A stretch of DNA of 64,000 nucleotides from an uncultured delta proteobacterium (GTDB lineage: Bacteria; Desulfobacterota; Desulfomonilia; UBA1062): positions 224,001-288,000 of the forward strand of contig CAWCTR010000004.1 of NCBI GenBank assembly GCA_963798485.1. The letters run 5' to 3'. The translations under genes and the position numbers were made by a program. This document shows positions 9,966 through 19,452 of this stretch, piece by piece. Below the pieces are notes generated by a model. It ran no database searches and was not told where the DNA came from. It saw only the letters and a list, made by a program, of their open reading frames with translations. Numbering within the stretch: the stretch's first letter is position 1; every line of letters begins with the position of its first letter.

Positions 9966-10820
9966 ATGAAGAGGTATAGAAGATATATTTGTATCGCAAG
10001 TATAATTATTGTTTTCGTCCCATTAATATTTTTAGCCGAGCAATATCATGAGTTAAATAAATCAGGAATAGTTGTGCTTTTATATCATAGGATTATACCT
10101 CATAGTTGTAACAATAAATATTGTATTGGATTAGATAAATTTGAAGAACAGATGATATATTTAAAAAACCAGGGATATAAAACGATAACACCATATGGTG
10201 TTTTTCGGGATAAATTAAGAAACAATCCACCGAAAACCATTATTTTATCCTTTGATGATGGAACCATGGATCATTATAACTCTGTGTATCCAATATTGAA
10301 AAGATATGGTTATCAAGGAGTATTTTTTATAATAACAAAATTTATAAATTCTCCTGGAAGTCTTAGTACCAGTCAAATTCAAGAGATGTGCAGAGATAAT
10401 ATGGAAATAGCCTCGCATACATGCTCTCATAGAATATTGGATCAACTTGATCCTAGAGAAGTTTTTATCGAGTTGGAAAAATCAAAGAATGATCTGGAGA
10501 AGATTTGCGGAAGAGATGTTCTCTCTTTTGCTCCACCTGGCGGTTGGTATAATGATGACGTCGTTAAGACCGCTAGATTTACAGGATATAAAGCCTTTTT
10601 CAGTTGTGAGATTGGGACAAATGACCTTAGAGAAAACCCATTTGTATACAAACGGATTGAAGTTCTGAGCGATATGTCCATTAATGAGTTCAAAAGACTG
10701 CTGAACCCACAAGAAATACTATTATATAAAATTGAACAGACATCAAAGTTTGTAATACATTACATTCTTGGATCAAGAAATTATTCACGTCTTGCCCCAA
10801 TTATAAACTCTCAGAATTGA
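9966..10820 (+). CDS. Polysaccharide deacetylase (CE4/NodB, IcaB/PgaB-like), membrane-anchored
   Basis: N-terminal TM, LLYHRI, LSFDDG, IASHTCSH, FAPPGG; AT-rich. Confidence 0.88.
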   Translation: MKRYRRYICIASIIIVFVPLIFLAEQYHELNKSGIVVLLYHRIIPHSCNNKYCIGLDKFEEQMIYLKNQGYKTITPYGVFRDKLRNNPPKTIILSFDDGTMDHYNSVYPILKRYGYQGVFFIITKFINSPGSLSTSQIQEMCRDNMEIASHTCSHRILDQLDPREVFIELEKSKNDLEKICGRDVLSFAPPGGWYNDDVVKTARFTGYKAFFSCEIGTNDLRENPFVYKRIEVLSDMSINEFKRLLNPQEILLYKIEQTSKFVIHYILGSRNYSRLAPIINSQN

Positions 10821-11298
10821 GAAGAGACATTCATCGGGAAGCTCAAGGACCTCTTCAGAAGAAGGTTCTCAAGGGGACCGTTGGCTTTTGCTGAAGAACT
10901 CAAAACGGCTTGATCCCAAACGCAAGGAAAAAGAGACCTTGGATGAAGCCTTGAAGCTGAACGAGCCTCTGGCTCTTGCCTACTACATGAAGGAGTATCT
11001 TCGGGAGATCTGGAAGCAACCGAACAAGATAGAGGCTGGCAAATGCTTGGATGACTGGATAAGCAAGGCCCTTTCATCAGGGATAAGGAGGCTTATTCAC
11101 TTTGCAAACACTCTTCTCGTACATCGCCGGGGGATATTAGCTTATTATGATTACCCCATATCGACTGGCCCTCTGGAGGGCACAAACAACATAATCAAAA
11201 CGCTTCAAAAACAGGCTTATGGCTACAGGGATAAAGAATTCCTTAAACTGAAAATCTATGCCCTGCATGAGTCCAGTTACGCTTTAGTGGGATGAGCC
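10821..11298 (+). pseudogene. ISL3 family transposase remnant, 5'-truncated and frameshifted
   Basis: KVLKGT-(frameshift)-WLLLKN near 10870-10900, then STGPLEGTNNIIKTLQKQAYGYRD; ends in GATGAGCC, resembling an ISL3 right end. Confidence 0.85.
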
Positions 11299-11388
11299 AG
11301 TAAAAGCAATCAACTACAAATAAATTGATAAATCGTAAGGTTGTCTTAGAGATTTTCAGTTATGGAAATACTTCAATCACGGCGGGTA

Positions 11389-11470
11389 TATTCCCCGCAG
11401 CTTGCGGCGAATGGCCTATTCAAAATAGCAAGGTCCTAAATACACCGCAGCGTGCGGCGGGGATGCTTTA
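11389..11470. repeat. Pair of GC-rich mini-hairpin direct repeats (REP/MITE-like)
   Basis: TATTCCCCGCAGCTTGCGGCG (11389-11409) and AATACACCGCAGCGTGCGGCG (11439-11459). Confidence 0.45.
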
Positions 11471-11722
11471 TTTCCTAAAGAGTTTACACCGCTTACTGCA
11501 ACAATAATTAAAAATTGAGCCACCTGAAGTAAAGAAAGCCTTGCAAAGGAATACACTATATAGCAACCTGTTTATAGCTCTTTTGCTGTGAATCAGGGCT
11601 TAAGCTACTACACAAGCGTATGAAACTTAATAAGAGAATAGAATTTCCATACTAATAAATTAGGAGGTTTCGTGCAGGGATTTCAAGAACTTTATAACTG
11701 GTTCACTCCACTCAAAGATATA

Positions 11723-13288
11723 TTATACTCCGAGCAGATTGACGCTAATAAGAGCATAGCTGAAAGTTAAAAGGGTAACAATCAGGATTAAGAGTGATAC
11801 AAAAGATGCCTTAAACTGACTGGACATCATCATAGTGTTTTTCAAATCAATCATGGCGCCATAAACAAGGAATGCCACTATTGACCCTGTTGAAAACGAA
11901 GATGACATTGCCCTTGCTACAAACGCATCTGCACTTGAACAGATCGATAGTCCAAAACCGAATAGCATCATCACAGGGATAGACAAAACCTTTCCATGCC
12001 CCACGCTTGCTATTGCGCTTCTTGGAATGACGACCTGGACAAGGGAGGCAAGAAAAGCACCGATGATAAAATACATGCCCATGTTAAAAAACTCATTGCT
12101 GGTATGCAAGAGAACATCATTGAGCTTGGCAGGCAATGACTTAGCGTTGTGGTTATCATGGTGATCGCAACAATCATAGTGGTTATGGTTGTCGCAGGTA
12201 TCTTCTCTTAAGATGTTTTGAGTACCGAAGTGCAAGTTAACCATCAGACCGGCAAAGACCGCCACAATAAATGTCCCGACCATCCTGTAAACAGCCATTG
12301 AACCTGTAGGGAAAGCTATTATTGTAGAAATCAAAGCTACCGGGTTGATAACCGGAGCGGCCAGCATAAACGTAATGGCGATATGAAGGGGTACCCCCTT
12401 CCTTATGAGACGACTTGCTACCATGACAATTCCACATTCACATATAGGGAAGATCATCCCCATGAATGCTGCTGCGATAAGACCTGGAAGAGTCCTCTTT
12501 GGCAAGAACCTAGCTATTGTCTCTTCGGAAATAAACACCTCTATTACTGCAGAGACAAATGCCCCGATGAGGAGAAAGGGTAGTGATTCCAGTATGACAC
12601 TTAAGAAGAGGGTCTCAAGGCTGCTCACTAGCGCATAGTTAATCCTGCTGAATGCGGGAATCCCATATCCAGCAGCCCATAGGTAAATCATAACAAAAAA
12701 GGAAACGATGATTAACCCTATTGAGAATTTCTGCAGCCTCGATGCAGGAGCATGAAGGTAACGAAAATCCAGTTCCTGAACAAAAGTCCCCTTAACTCTC
12801 TTAGAAATAAACATATACGGAACCCAAATTAAACATGTTAACAAAGCGGTACTGATATTCCTCATAAAGGCAAGGTTAACTACTGGTTTTCCAGGCAGGA
12901 TCAATTTAATTGCAAAGGTGTCTGCAATTATTATGAGTAAAGACAAGACAGATATTGCCATGAACCACTTTGGAAATCTTTTTGATTTCTTGAAGAATAA
13001 AAGAATCATATACGAAGAAGCTACAAACAAACCGATGTTGGTAATGACTTCCGATAGAATATACGGACCCCATAGCGGGTGATATGCATTACTGGTTGGG
13101 TCGGTTAATATAGCCCACATTCCATGAGAAAAAATTGGGAGAAATGAATTTATTAAAATGGCACCTGTCTTGAATGGAGCAACAAGTACACCTATTCCAA
13201 CAAGGATTAGCCAGCCTCCTAATCCGCTGAATTCCTTGTTTTCTTGATTTAGTTGCATTCTTTGCTTCCTGTAGCAGTTACATTCCAT
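11723..13288 (-). CDS. DUF2569-like membrane domain fused to a DUF318/ArsP (YcgR-like) permease
   Basis: N-term GLGGWLIL...WVPYMFISKRVKGTF; C-term ESLPFLLIG...PICECG...MLAAPVINP...ICSSADAF; His/Cys loop CDNHNHYDCCDHHDNH. Confidence 0.75.
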   Translation of the reverse strand: MECNCYRKQRMQLNQENKEFSGLGGWLILVGIGVLVAPFKTGAILINSFLPIFSHGMWAILTDPTSNAYHPLWGPYILSEVITNIGLFVASSYMILLFFKKSKRFPKWFMAISVLSLLIIIADTFAIKLILPGKPVVNLAFMRNISTALLTCLIWVPYMFISKRVKGTFVQELDFRYLHAPASRLQKFSIGLIIVSFFVMIYLWAAGYGIPAFSRINYALVSSLETLFLSVILESLPFLLIGAFVSAVIEVFISEETIARFLPKRTLPGLIAAAFMGMIFPICECGIVMVASRLIRKGVPLHIAITFMLAAPVINPVALISTIIAFPTGSMAVYRMVGTFIVAVFAGLMVNLHFGTQNILREDTCDNHNHYDCCDHHDNHNAKSLPAKLNDVLLHTSNEFFNMGMYFIIGAFLASLVQVVIPRSAIASVGHGKVLSIPVMMLFGFGLSICSSADAFVARAMSSSFSTGSIVAFLVYGAMIDLKNTMMMSSQFKASFVSLLILIVTLLTFSYALISVNLLGV

Positions 13289-13318
13289 TCAGTTTAATTT
13301 GTTTAAGACACCTAACCA

Positions 13319-14425
13319 TCATTCGTGAATAAGTTTTGAAACACGTTCGAGAGTTATCCCTTCAGCTTTGAGCTTGGGAACCTCCCTCTGTAATACAGCG
13401 ATAGTCTCAGGATGTGGGTGGCAGATGCCAATAGCGCTTAAATGCTTTACAGCTTTTCTTTTCAGCTCTTCAAGCTGGGCCAGGATGTAGGCTTCATTCT
13501 GCTCATCATCAAGAAACACATCACGTTTATTCCATGGAAGGCCAATCTCCTGGGCAACCTTAAATCCCACGGATTTACCCGAAGTAAGGCTATCGATATA
13601 GAAAAGCCCCTTGTTTTTAAGCTCTGTTTCAACAAGGATCATGATCTCCCGATCCTGGGTCACTTCGGAACCCATGTGATTGTTCACCCCAGATATGTAT
13701 GGTACTGCCCTGATATCACCCAGCAGGATGGTCCGGATCTGATCAGGAGCCATGCCCTTGAAGATCGCTCCCTCACCGGGATCATGACCGGCAGCACCTT
13801 GCATAGGCAGATGTAACATGACCTCATGGCCCTTTGTATGGAGATATTGTGCAACCTCTTGTGAGTGCGGTCGCAGAGGCATGACCGAGAAGGTAAGCTC
13901 ACCATCGATTGCGGCAAGCTGTTTCGCAGGTTTCATATCCGGTCCCATATCATCCACGATGATGGCCATACGAACTTCTGGAAGAGTAGGAATGATTGGC
14001 TTGGGAGGAATAACTGCGGCTACTTCCTTTTTCGGGTAAATGAAATCAATCACCCAGGTCTCATCACCAACTTTTATTATTGCATGACCGATATCCTTGA
14101 TCTCTAGGCTGCCGTATTTCTCGACTGGTTTGAATGCGGATGACAACTTATCACGAGTGAACTTTTCACGGGACTCCACCTTGATTGTGTGATTGCGAAT
14201 CGTTGTCTGGTCTTTATGAATTCCGAGATTGAACAGACAGCCCTTGATGATCAATTCTGTTTCAACCAACTTCTGGGCAACAGTAGGTATTTTTGGTGCT
14301 TCCTTTCTGTGCATACCCTTTTCCAGATATATTACAGTCCCTATCAGGACCAGTATGATTGCACATATAACAATCATGGTGGTCTGGTTGATCTTGATCT
14401 TTGATTTTCTCGTTCGCTTCTTCAT
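13319..14425 (-). CDS. Divergent polysaccharide deacetylase (YibQ family)
   Basis: AIIVDDMG, MLHLPMQ, NNHMGS, RDVFLD, IGICHPHPET. Confidence 0.92.
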   Translation of the reverse strand: MKKRTRKSKIKINQTTMIVICAIILVLIGTVIYLEKGMHRKEAPKIPTVAQKLVETELIIKGCLFNLGIHKDQTTIRNHTIKVESREKFTRDKLSSAFKPVEKYGSLEIKDIGHAIIKVGDETWVIDFIYPKKEVAAVIPPKPIIPTLPEVRMAIIVDDMGPDMKPAKQLAAIDGELTFSVMPLRPHSQEVAQYLHTKGHEVMLHLPMQGAAGHDPGEGAIFKGMAPDQIRTILLGDIRAVPYISGVNNHMGSEVTQDREIMILVETELKNKGLFYIDSLTSGKSVGFKVAQEIGLPWNKRDVFLDDEQNEAYILAQLEELKRKAVKHLSAIGICHPHPETIAVLQREVPKLKAEGITLERVSKLIHE

Positions 14426-15900
14426 CCCTTTGTCTTTCTTTTCCTTCTATGGCTTGATGAGTTACCGCTTGCCGCCTTGACTCCTGGGTTTGCCTCGTTA
14501 TCGGCATAGGCATTGACCCCCTTTATGATGCCCTCAATGATGCTGTTCTGATAGGATTCTTTCTGCAGGAGCTTACATTCGCTGGGGTTGGTAATGAACC
14601 CGGTCTCGATCGGGATGGCAGGCATCTGTGCGCCAACCAATACATAGAAAAGGGCCTGCTTGACACCATGATTCTGACAAGGATGGTTCAATTGTCCATG
14701 GGTTGTGATAATGGCATTCTGGACATATGTGGCAAACTTGGACGATTCGTTTATTTTGCTGTTGAGCTCCAGGTCCTGGAGGATGAACTGGAGATCGCTT
14801 ATAGATTTAGTAGTTGTCTCATTCTCCTTCGCCGCCACCTTAATGGCATAGTCATCTTTGGTCATGTTGAGGAAGTACGTCTCGACTCCATTTAAAGACT
14901 TTTTAGGATTTGAGTTTACATGGATGGAAATGAAGAGATCTGCTTTCTTCTTATTTGCAAAGGTCGTTCTCTCTTCAAGGGGAATAAACGTGTCATCATC
15001 TCTGGTAAGGTAGACCTCAAATCCTTTTTCTCTGAGTAATTTTGCGAGCCGGCTGGCTATTGACAGGGTGATATTCTTCTCTTCCTCTCCATGAGGTCCT
15101 ATTGCTCCTGGGTCCTTTCCGCCATGCCCTGGGTCAATCACAATCTTCGATATCTTGTGTGATATTTGTTTGTTAAGCGATGGTTTATCTTGTGATGCCT
15201 CTTGAGAAGAGGTTTCCTTAGTCAAGTTGTAGCCTGTTGCTCCCTGTAAAACAGCTGTATCATCATGGGATGTTGTAGCTTGGTTCCCCTTGTTTTCCTC
15301 CTGATCGTTTTCCTTGGGAGTATTCTGGACTTCTTTAACTCCACTCTTGTCCACGTTACTAGCAGTACAGGTTTTAAGATTGTCCTTGGCCTGTTGGGCA
15401 GCAGTACTCTTGGGATACCCTACTATAATCTCGTGATAAAGTCCTTTGGCTTTCTCTTTCTCCCCGAGCCTTACTTCATATACTTTGGCCTCCTTGTAGA
15501 GGGCGTCTGCAGAGACTGGGGAATCCGGGTATTTACTGGACACCTTCTTATACTCCTTGATGGCCTCTTCAAGGTCAGATTTTTTTGAGAAGTGACCATA
15601 GATCTGCTCGTAGAGTTTTCCTTCCATGTATAAGGCTTTCGGGGCAAAAGACGATTCAGGGTATCCTGTTGCGACATTATCAAACTTTTGCACAACCTTC
15701 ATCCAGTTGGCTTTATCCTTCCGCAGGCTTGCATCTCTTGATAGCTCAATGTATGCCGTATTAGCTTCCCTGTATGTTTCTTTTGCACCAGAGGTGGCGG
15801 CAAAAACAGTCTTCTGCATGACCGGGAGGAAAAGAAGTATGCCAATTGTAACTATTACGGGTATGATTCTGGCTCTAGTCATATTCATGGCGTCTACCAA
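14422..15900 (-). CDS. N-acetylmuramoyl-L-alanine amidase (Amidase_3) with N-terminal TPR domain
   Basis: Signal peptide, TPR-like repeats, IVIDPGHGGKDPGA...EKNITL...FISIHVN...IETGFITN. Confidence 0.92.
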   Translation of the reverse strand: MVDAMNMTRARIIPVIVTIGILLFLPVMQKTVFAATSGAKETYREANTAYIELSRDASLRKDKANWMKVVQKFDNVATGYPESSFAPKALYMEGKLYEQIYGHFSKKSDLEEAIKEYKKVSSKYPDSPVSADALYKEAKVYEVRLGEKEKAKGLYHEIIVGYPKSTAAQQAKDNLKTCTASNVDKSGVKEVQNTPKENDQEENKGNQATTSHDDTAVLQGATGYNLTKETSSQEASQDKPSLNKQISHKISKIVIDPGHGGKDPGAIGPHGEEEKNITLSIASRLAKLLREKGFEVYLTRDDDTFIPLEERTTFANKKKADLFISIHVNSNPKKSLNGVETYFLNMTKDDYAIKVAAKENETTTKSISDLQFILQDLELNSKINESSKFATYVQNAIITTHGQLNHPCQNHGVKQALFYVLVGAQMPAIPIETGFITNPSECKLLQKESYQNSIIEGIIKGVNAYADNEANPGVKAASGNSSSHRRKRKTKG

Positions 15901-15946
15901 TGTCTCTTGTAATATACTCTTATTGTCGATCCGAGAGGAGGGAGCC

Positions 15947-16813
15947 CTACTTGAACCGGCTTCCTGTGGGGGCTGCCTTCACTTTTGAATTAGCTGCATT
16001 GGAAGTGTCCCCCTTGGTAGAGGCCTTGAGGATTGCACTTGAGATCATTCGCCAATTTTCTTTCTCGTGGTCTCTCCAGATCATGTAGCGGGGAAGTTCA
16101 TAGCGGTCTTTATTCAGGCTCAAAGGAGAGAGAACAGGTCCCCAGTTGATTGTAAAGGCGTAAGAATATCCGGCCTCTTTGAGTGTCTTTTTCGTAATCT
16201 CGGCTCGCACTCCGTTCGGGTATACAAAGACCGTGATCTTCTTCTTCAGGTTATTCTCCAGGGTCTCTTTAGAGTCGTAGATCTCCTTGAGAAAGCCTTT
16301 CTTATCTTTATCATAGAATTTTTGGTTCATGAGCTGATGGTAGTACCCATGTGCAGCAATATCGCACCCATCTTTCGAGAGTTCCTTCAATTGATTCCAC
16401 GTTAGGGCATAGGTCTTTTTCCCGATAATGGATGGATAAATAGCCAGAATGGGCTTGATATGCCGGGGCTTGAAAATCTCCTGATAGGCAGGGTAGACAC
16501 TCTGATTCCCATCGTCAATAACGAGAAGCAGGTTCTGTGTCCCTGTGACCTTGTTATGGAGCAGGTCTGAGTATGACACGAAATGGAAACCCTTGCTCTG
16601 GAAATAATCCATTTGAGAGCGGAGCTCCTGCATGGAAATATCGCCTGCAAATTTCTTGTTCCCAATGAAAGAATGATAACAGAGTACGAACACCTTCTGA
16701 TCTGCTGCGTATGCTGGATTCCATACTCCAGTAAGGCAAAGCAAGATCACAAGCACCAGGGCCGAAATATTGGTTACTAGTTTAAGTCTGTTCATAGCTC
16801 GATCATTAAGCAC
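15947..16813 (-). CDS. Secreted polysaccharide deacetylase (CE4)
   Basis: Signal peptide, LCYHSF, VIDDG, IAAHGYYH, FVYPNG. Confidence 0.88.
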   Translation of the reverse strand: MLNDRAMNRLKLVTNISALVLVILLCLTGVWNPAYAADQKVFVLCYHSFIGNKKFAGDISMQELRSQMDYFQSKGFHFVSYSDLLHNKVTGTQNLLLVIDDGNQSVYPAYQEIFKPRHIKPILAIYPSIIGKKTYALTWNQLKELSKDGCDIAAHGYYHQLMNQKFYDKDKKGFLKEIYDSKETLENNLKKKITVFVYPNGVRAEITKKTLKEAGYSYAFTINWGPVLSPLSLNKDRYELPRYMIWRDHEKENWRMISSAILKASTKGDTSNAANSKVKAAPTGSRFK

Positions 16814-16858
16814 GAAGCTGGAAACGATGCAAGAGATAGGAACGCTTGAAATCCTGAC

Positions 16859-17860
16859 ATGTCCAGTATAAGAATTGCCATTATGAAGACATCTATGACA
16901 TGGTACACCGCAATCACAACGATAATCCTTACACTCAATCTTGTTTCATGTGCATATATCAATAAGAATCAGGTACAAAGGCCATCGGTCCCGGCTCAAA
17001 CTACAGTGAATTATCCGCCTGTATCTGAACAGCTGAATGACACTGTATCCCGAGCATTAGTGGAGGATCTCCTCGTTCAAAAAGGGATCGACCAGGGAAA
17101 AATCCACAGTATGATCTATGACCCCAGAATTGTCATCAATCCCCAGTTCATTCTCAATAGCCTGTTTTACACGACACCCGGGGTATCGACATCCAAACCC
17201 GATTACATGTATTATGACCCAAGATTCATCCCAAAAGGACGGGACTTCATCAATGAGAATCGTGTATTGTTCGATCGTATCAAGGAGCATTATAATATCT
17301 CTCCGGAGATCATTACTTCTATCCTCATAATAGAAACCAAGCTTGGCACCTACACCGGCGAGTATCATGCATTTCAGGTGTACACCAACCTCGCCCTTGC
17401 CAATGATCCGTATGTGCTCGCTCTTCTGAAGGTATCTCAGGGTGTAAAATATCCCGGCTTATACGATGCGGAGCTAATCAAGAAGGCTCAGGTAAGAGGA
17501 AAATGGGCACTGGAAGAGCTGTATAATCTCATCCTTCTTGCTGACAAGCTCCACTACGATCCCATTGCTCTCAAGAGCTCCAATGCCGGTGCATTGGGGC
17601 CTGCCCAATTTATTCCCTCCACATTCATGAAATTCGGGGTAGCCAGTGATCCCGATGGGAGGATCGACCCCTTCTATATGCCCGATGCCATAGCGAGCAT
17701 TGCCAATTATCTGAAAGAATCTGGATGGACAGAGACGGGACCCGAAGACAAAAGGCGCACTGCCATATGGCTATACAATCACAGTGAGATTTATGTGAAC
17801 ACCATTTTAAAGATATACCGGGAACTTGAGATCGCCGGAACCACCGCCCCCGGGAGTTAA
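16859..17860 (+). CDS. Lytic murein transglycosylase MltB-like lipoprotein
   Basis: Lipobox LVSC; ILIIETKLG catalytic Glu; SNAGALGPAQFIPST; DAIASIANYL; YNHSEIYV. Confidence 0.88.
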   Translation: MSSIRIAIMKTSMTWYTAITTIILTLNLVSCAYINKNQVQRPSVPAQTTVNYPPVSEQLNDTVSRALVEDLLVQKGIDQGKIHSMIYDPRIVINPQFILNSLFYTTPGVSTSKPDYMYYDPRFIPKGRDFINENRVLFDRIKEHYNISPEIITSILIIETKLGTYTGEYHAFQVYTNLALANDPYVLALLKVSQGVKYPGLYDAELIKKAQVRGKWALEELYNLILLADKLHYDPIALKSSNAGALGPAQFIPSTFMKFGVASDPDGRIDPFYMPDAIASIANYLKESGWTETGPEDKRRTAIWLYNHSEIYVNTILKIYRELEIAGTTAPGS

Positions 17861-18123
17861 GGCCTTCTTAAATGTAGGCAACGATTCGGGAGAAACTATC
17901 TGATTTTGTGTCTCGACCATCGGCGACCCTTATCGTATACGCCCAGAAGCTAAACTGCTATAGGACAAATGTTCCCCAGTTTTTAGTGGATATATTTAAA
18001 AAATCGGTTTATCTGGAAAGGCCTTTTGCATAATTACGACTCCATACATTTTGAGCATCGACTAGAAACATTCATAGATGTATATAACGGAGTTAGATAG
18101 GGAATAATAAATTAGGTGGTCTC

Positions 18124-19362
18124 ATGCAGGAATATAAAGAAATATATAATTGGTTCTCTCCACTTAAAGAGGTTTTGCATGCCATCCCTATTGCCAGTAC
18201 CCTTCCATCTCCGACCTTTATCATTGGCGGAAGAGAATTTATTTCATTCAGCTCTAATAATTATCTGGGGCTGGCATCACACCCACGCATGATAAGAAAA
18301 GCCAGGGAAGGCCTTGAGAAATATGGCATCGCTAATTGTGAATCAAGGCTACTTGGCGGCGATATGGATTTATATCTGAATTTGGAGGCAAAGATCGCCC
18401 GGCTTAAGCACAAAGAATCGGCAATGCTCTTTGCCACAGGATATCTCACGAATCTCGGCGTCCTCTCTGCTCTGGTAAATTCGGGAAAGATGGCTCGCTT
18501 TTTCGGCCACACCCCATCAAAAATCTATAAATATACGTATTTTACTGACCAATATAATCATGTGAGTATTCGTGAAGGTATTGCATTGTCCGGAATACAC
18601 AGTGTAAAATACAGGCATTGCGATATGAATGACCTGGAGCATAAGTTAAAAACCTATAACGAAAATATACCGATTATTGTGAGCGACGGTGTTTTCAGTA
18701 TGGATGGAGATATAATTCCTTTGCCGGATATGCTTCAACTGGCGGAACGTTACGGAGCCATGATCTATATCGATGATGCGCATGGAACCGGCATCCTTGG
18801 AAAAACCGGTGCTGGGACAACGGAATACTTCGATATCGACAGTCCATGCATAATATCCATGGGTACTCTGAGCAAGGCATATGGCGCAATAGGGGGCTTT
18901 ATTGCTGCTGATTCATGTATCACGGAGGCCCTACGATTTTCCTGCAAATCATATGGGTTCACCTCGACCCTCCCGCCGGATCAGGCTTGTGCTGTATCTG
19001 AAGCTATTGATATTGTACATGATGAGCCGGAATTGCGACAACAGATTTGGGGAAATCAACGCTATTTTGTAGCTGGTGTTGAATCCCTTGGCTACAATGT
19101 TATGAGCAAGGAATGCTGCATAATCCCGGTGGAGATTGGTGATGAGATTCAGTGTGAGTCAATGGCTCGGATATTAGGGAATGACTTTGGTATACATGTT
19201 GATGCTATAATGTTCCCCGCTGTTCCACGGAATAAGGCAAGATTACGTTTTAGTATGAACGCCAAGCATACACCTGATCATCTTGACTGTGCACTGAATG
19301 CGCTTAAGCAATTATCAACCGGGATGAATAACGAAAACAGGGAAATAGGGCTATACAAATAA
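18124..19362 (+). CDS. PLP-dependent alpha-oxoamine synthase (BioF/KBL/SPT family)
   Basis: SSNNYLGLA, DGVFSMDGD, IDDAHG, GTLSKA (PLP Lys); no other bio genes nearby. Confidence 0.85.
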   Translation: MQEYKEIYNWFSPLKEVLHAIPIASTLPSPTFIIGGREFISFSSNNYLGLASHPRMIRKAREGLEKYGIANCESRLLGGDMDLYLNLEAKIARLKHKESAMLFATGYLTNLGVLSALVNSGKMARFFGHTPSKIYKYTYFTDQYNHVSIREGIALSGIHSVKYRHCDMNDLEHKLKTYNENIPIIVSDGVFSMDGDIIPLPDMLQLAERYGAMIYIDDAHGTGILGKTGAGTTEYFDIDSPCIISMGTLSKAYGAIGGFIAADSCITEALRFSCKSYGFTSTLPPDQACAVSEAIDIVHDEPELRQQIWGNQRYFVAGVESLGYNVMSKECCIIPVEIGDEIQCESMARILGNDFGIHVDAIMFPAVPRNKARLRFSMNAKHTPDHLDCALNALKQLSTGMNNENREIGLYK

Positions 19363-19390
19363 TTATCATATCCTCTGAACCCGTTAATTG

Positions 19391-19421
19391 ATCGGGGCGT
19401 GCAATGTATGCACGCCCCGAT
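19391..19421. terminator. Hairpin between convergent genes (probable terminator)
   Basis: ATCGGGGCGTGCA-ATGTA-TGCACGCCCCGAT, perfect 13-bp stem. Confidence 0.7.
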
Positions 19422-19452
19422 GTAAGTGAGCTGTCAATAAATCAAGAAGAAC

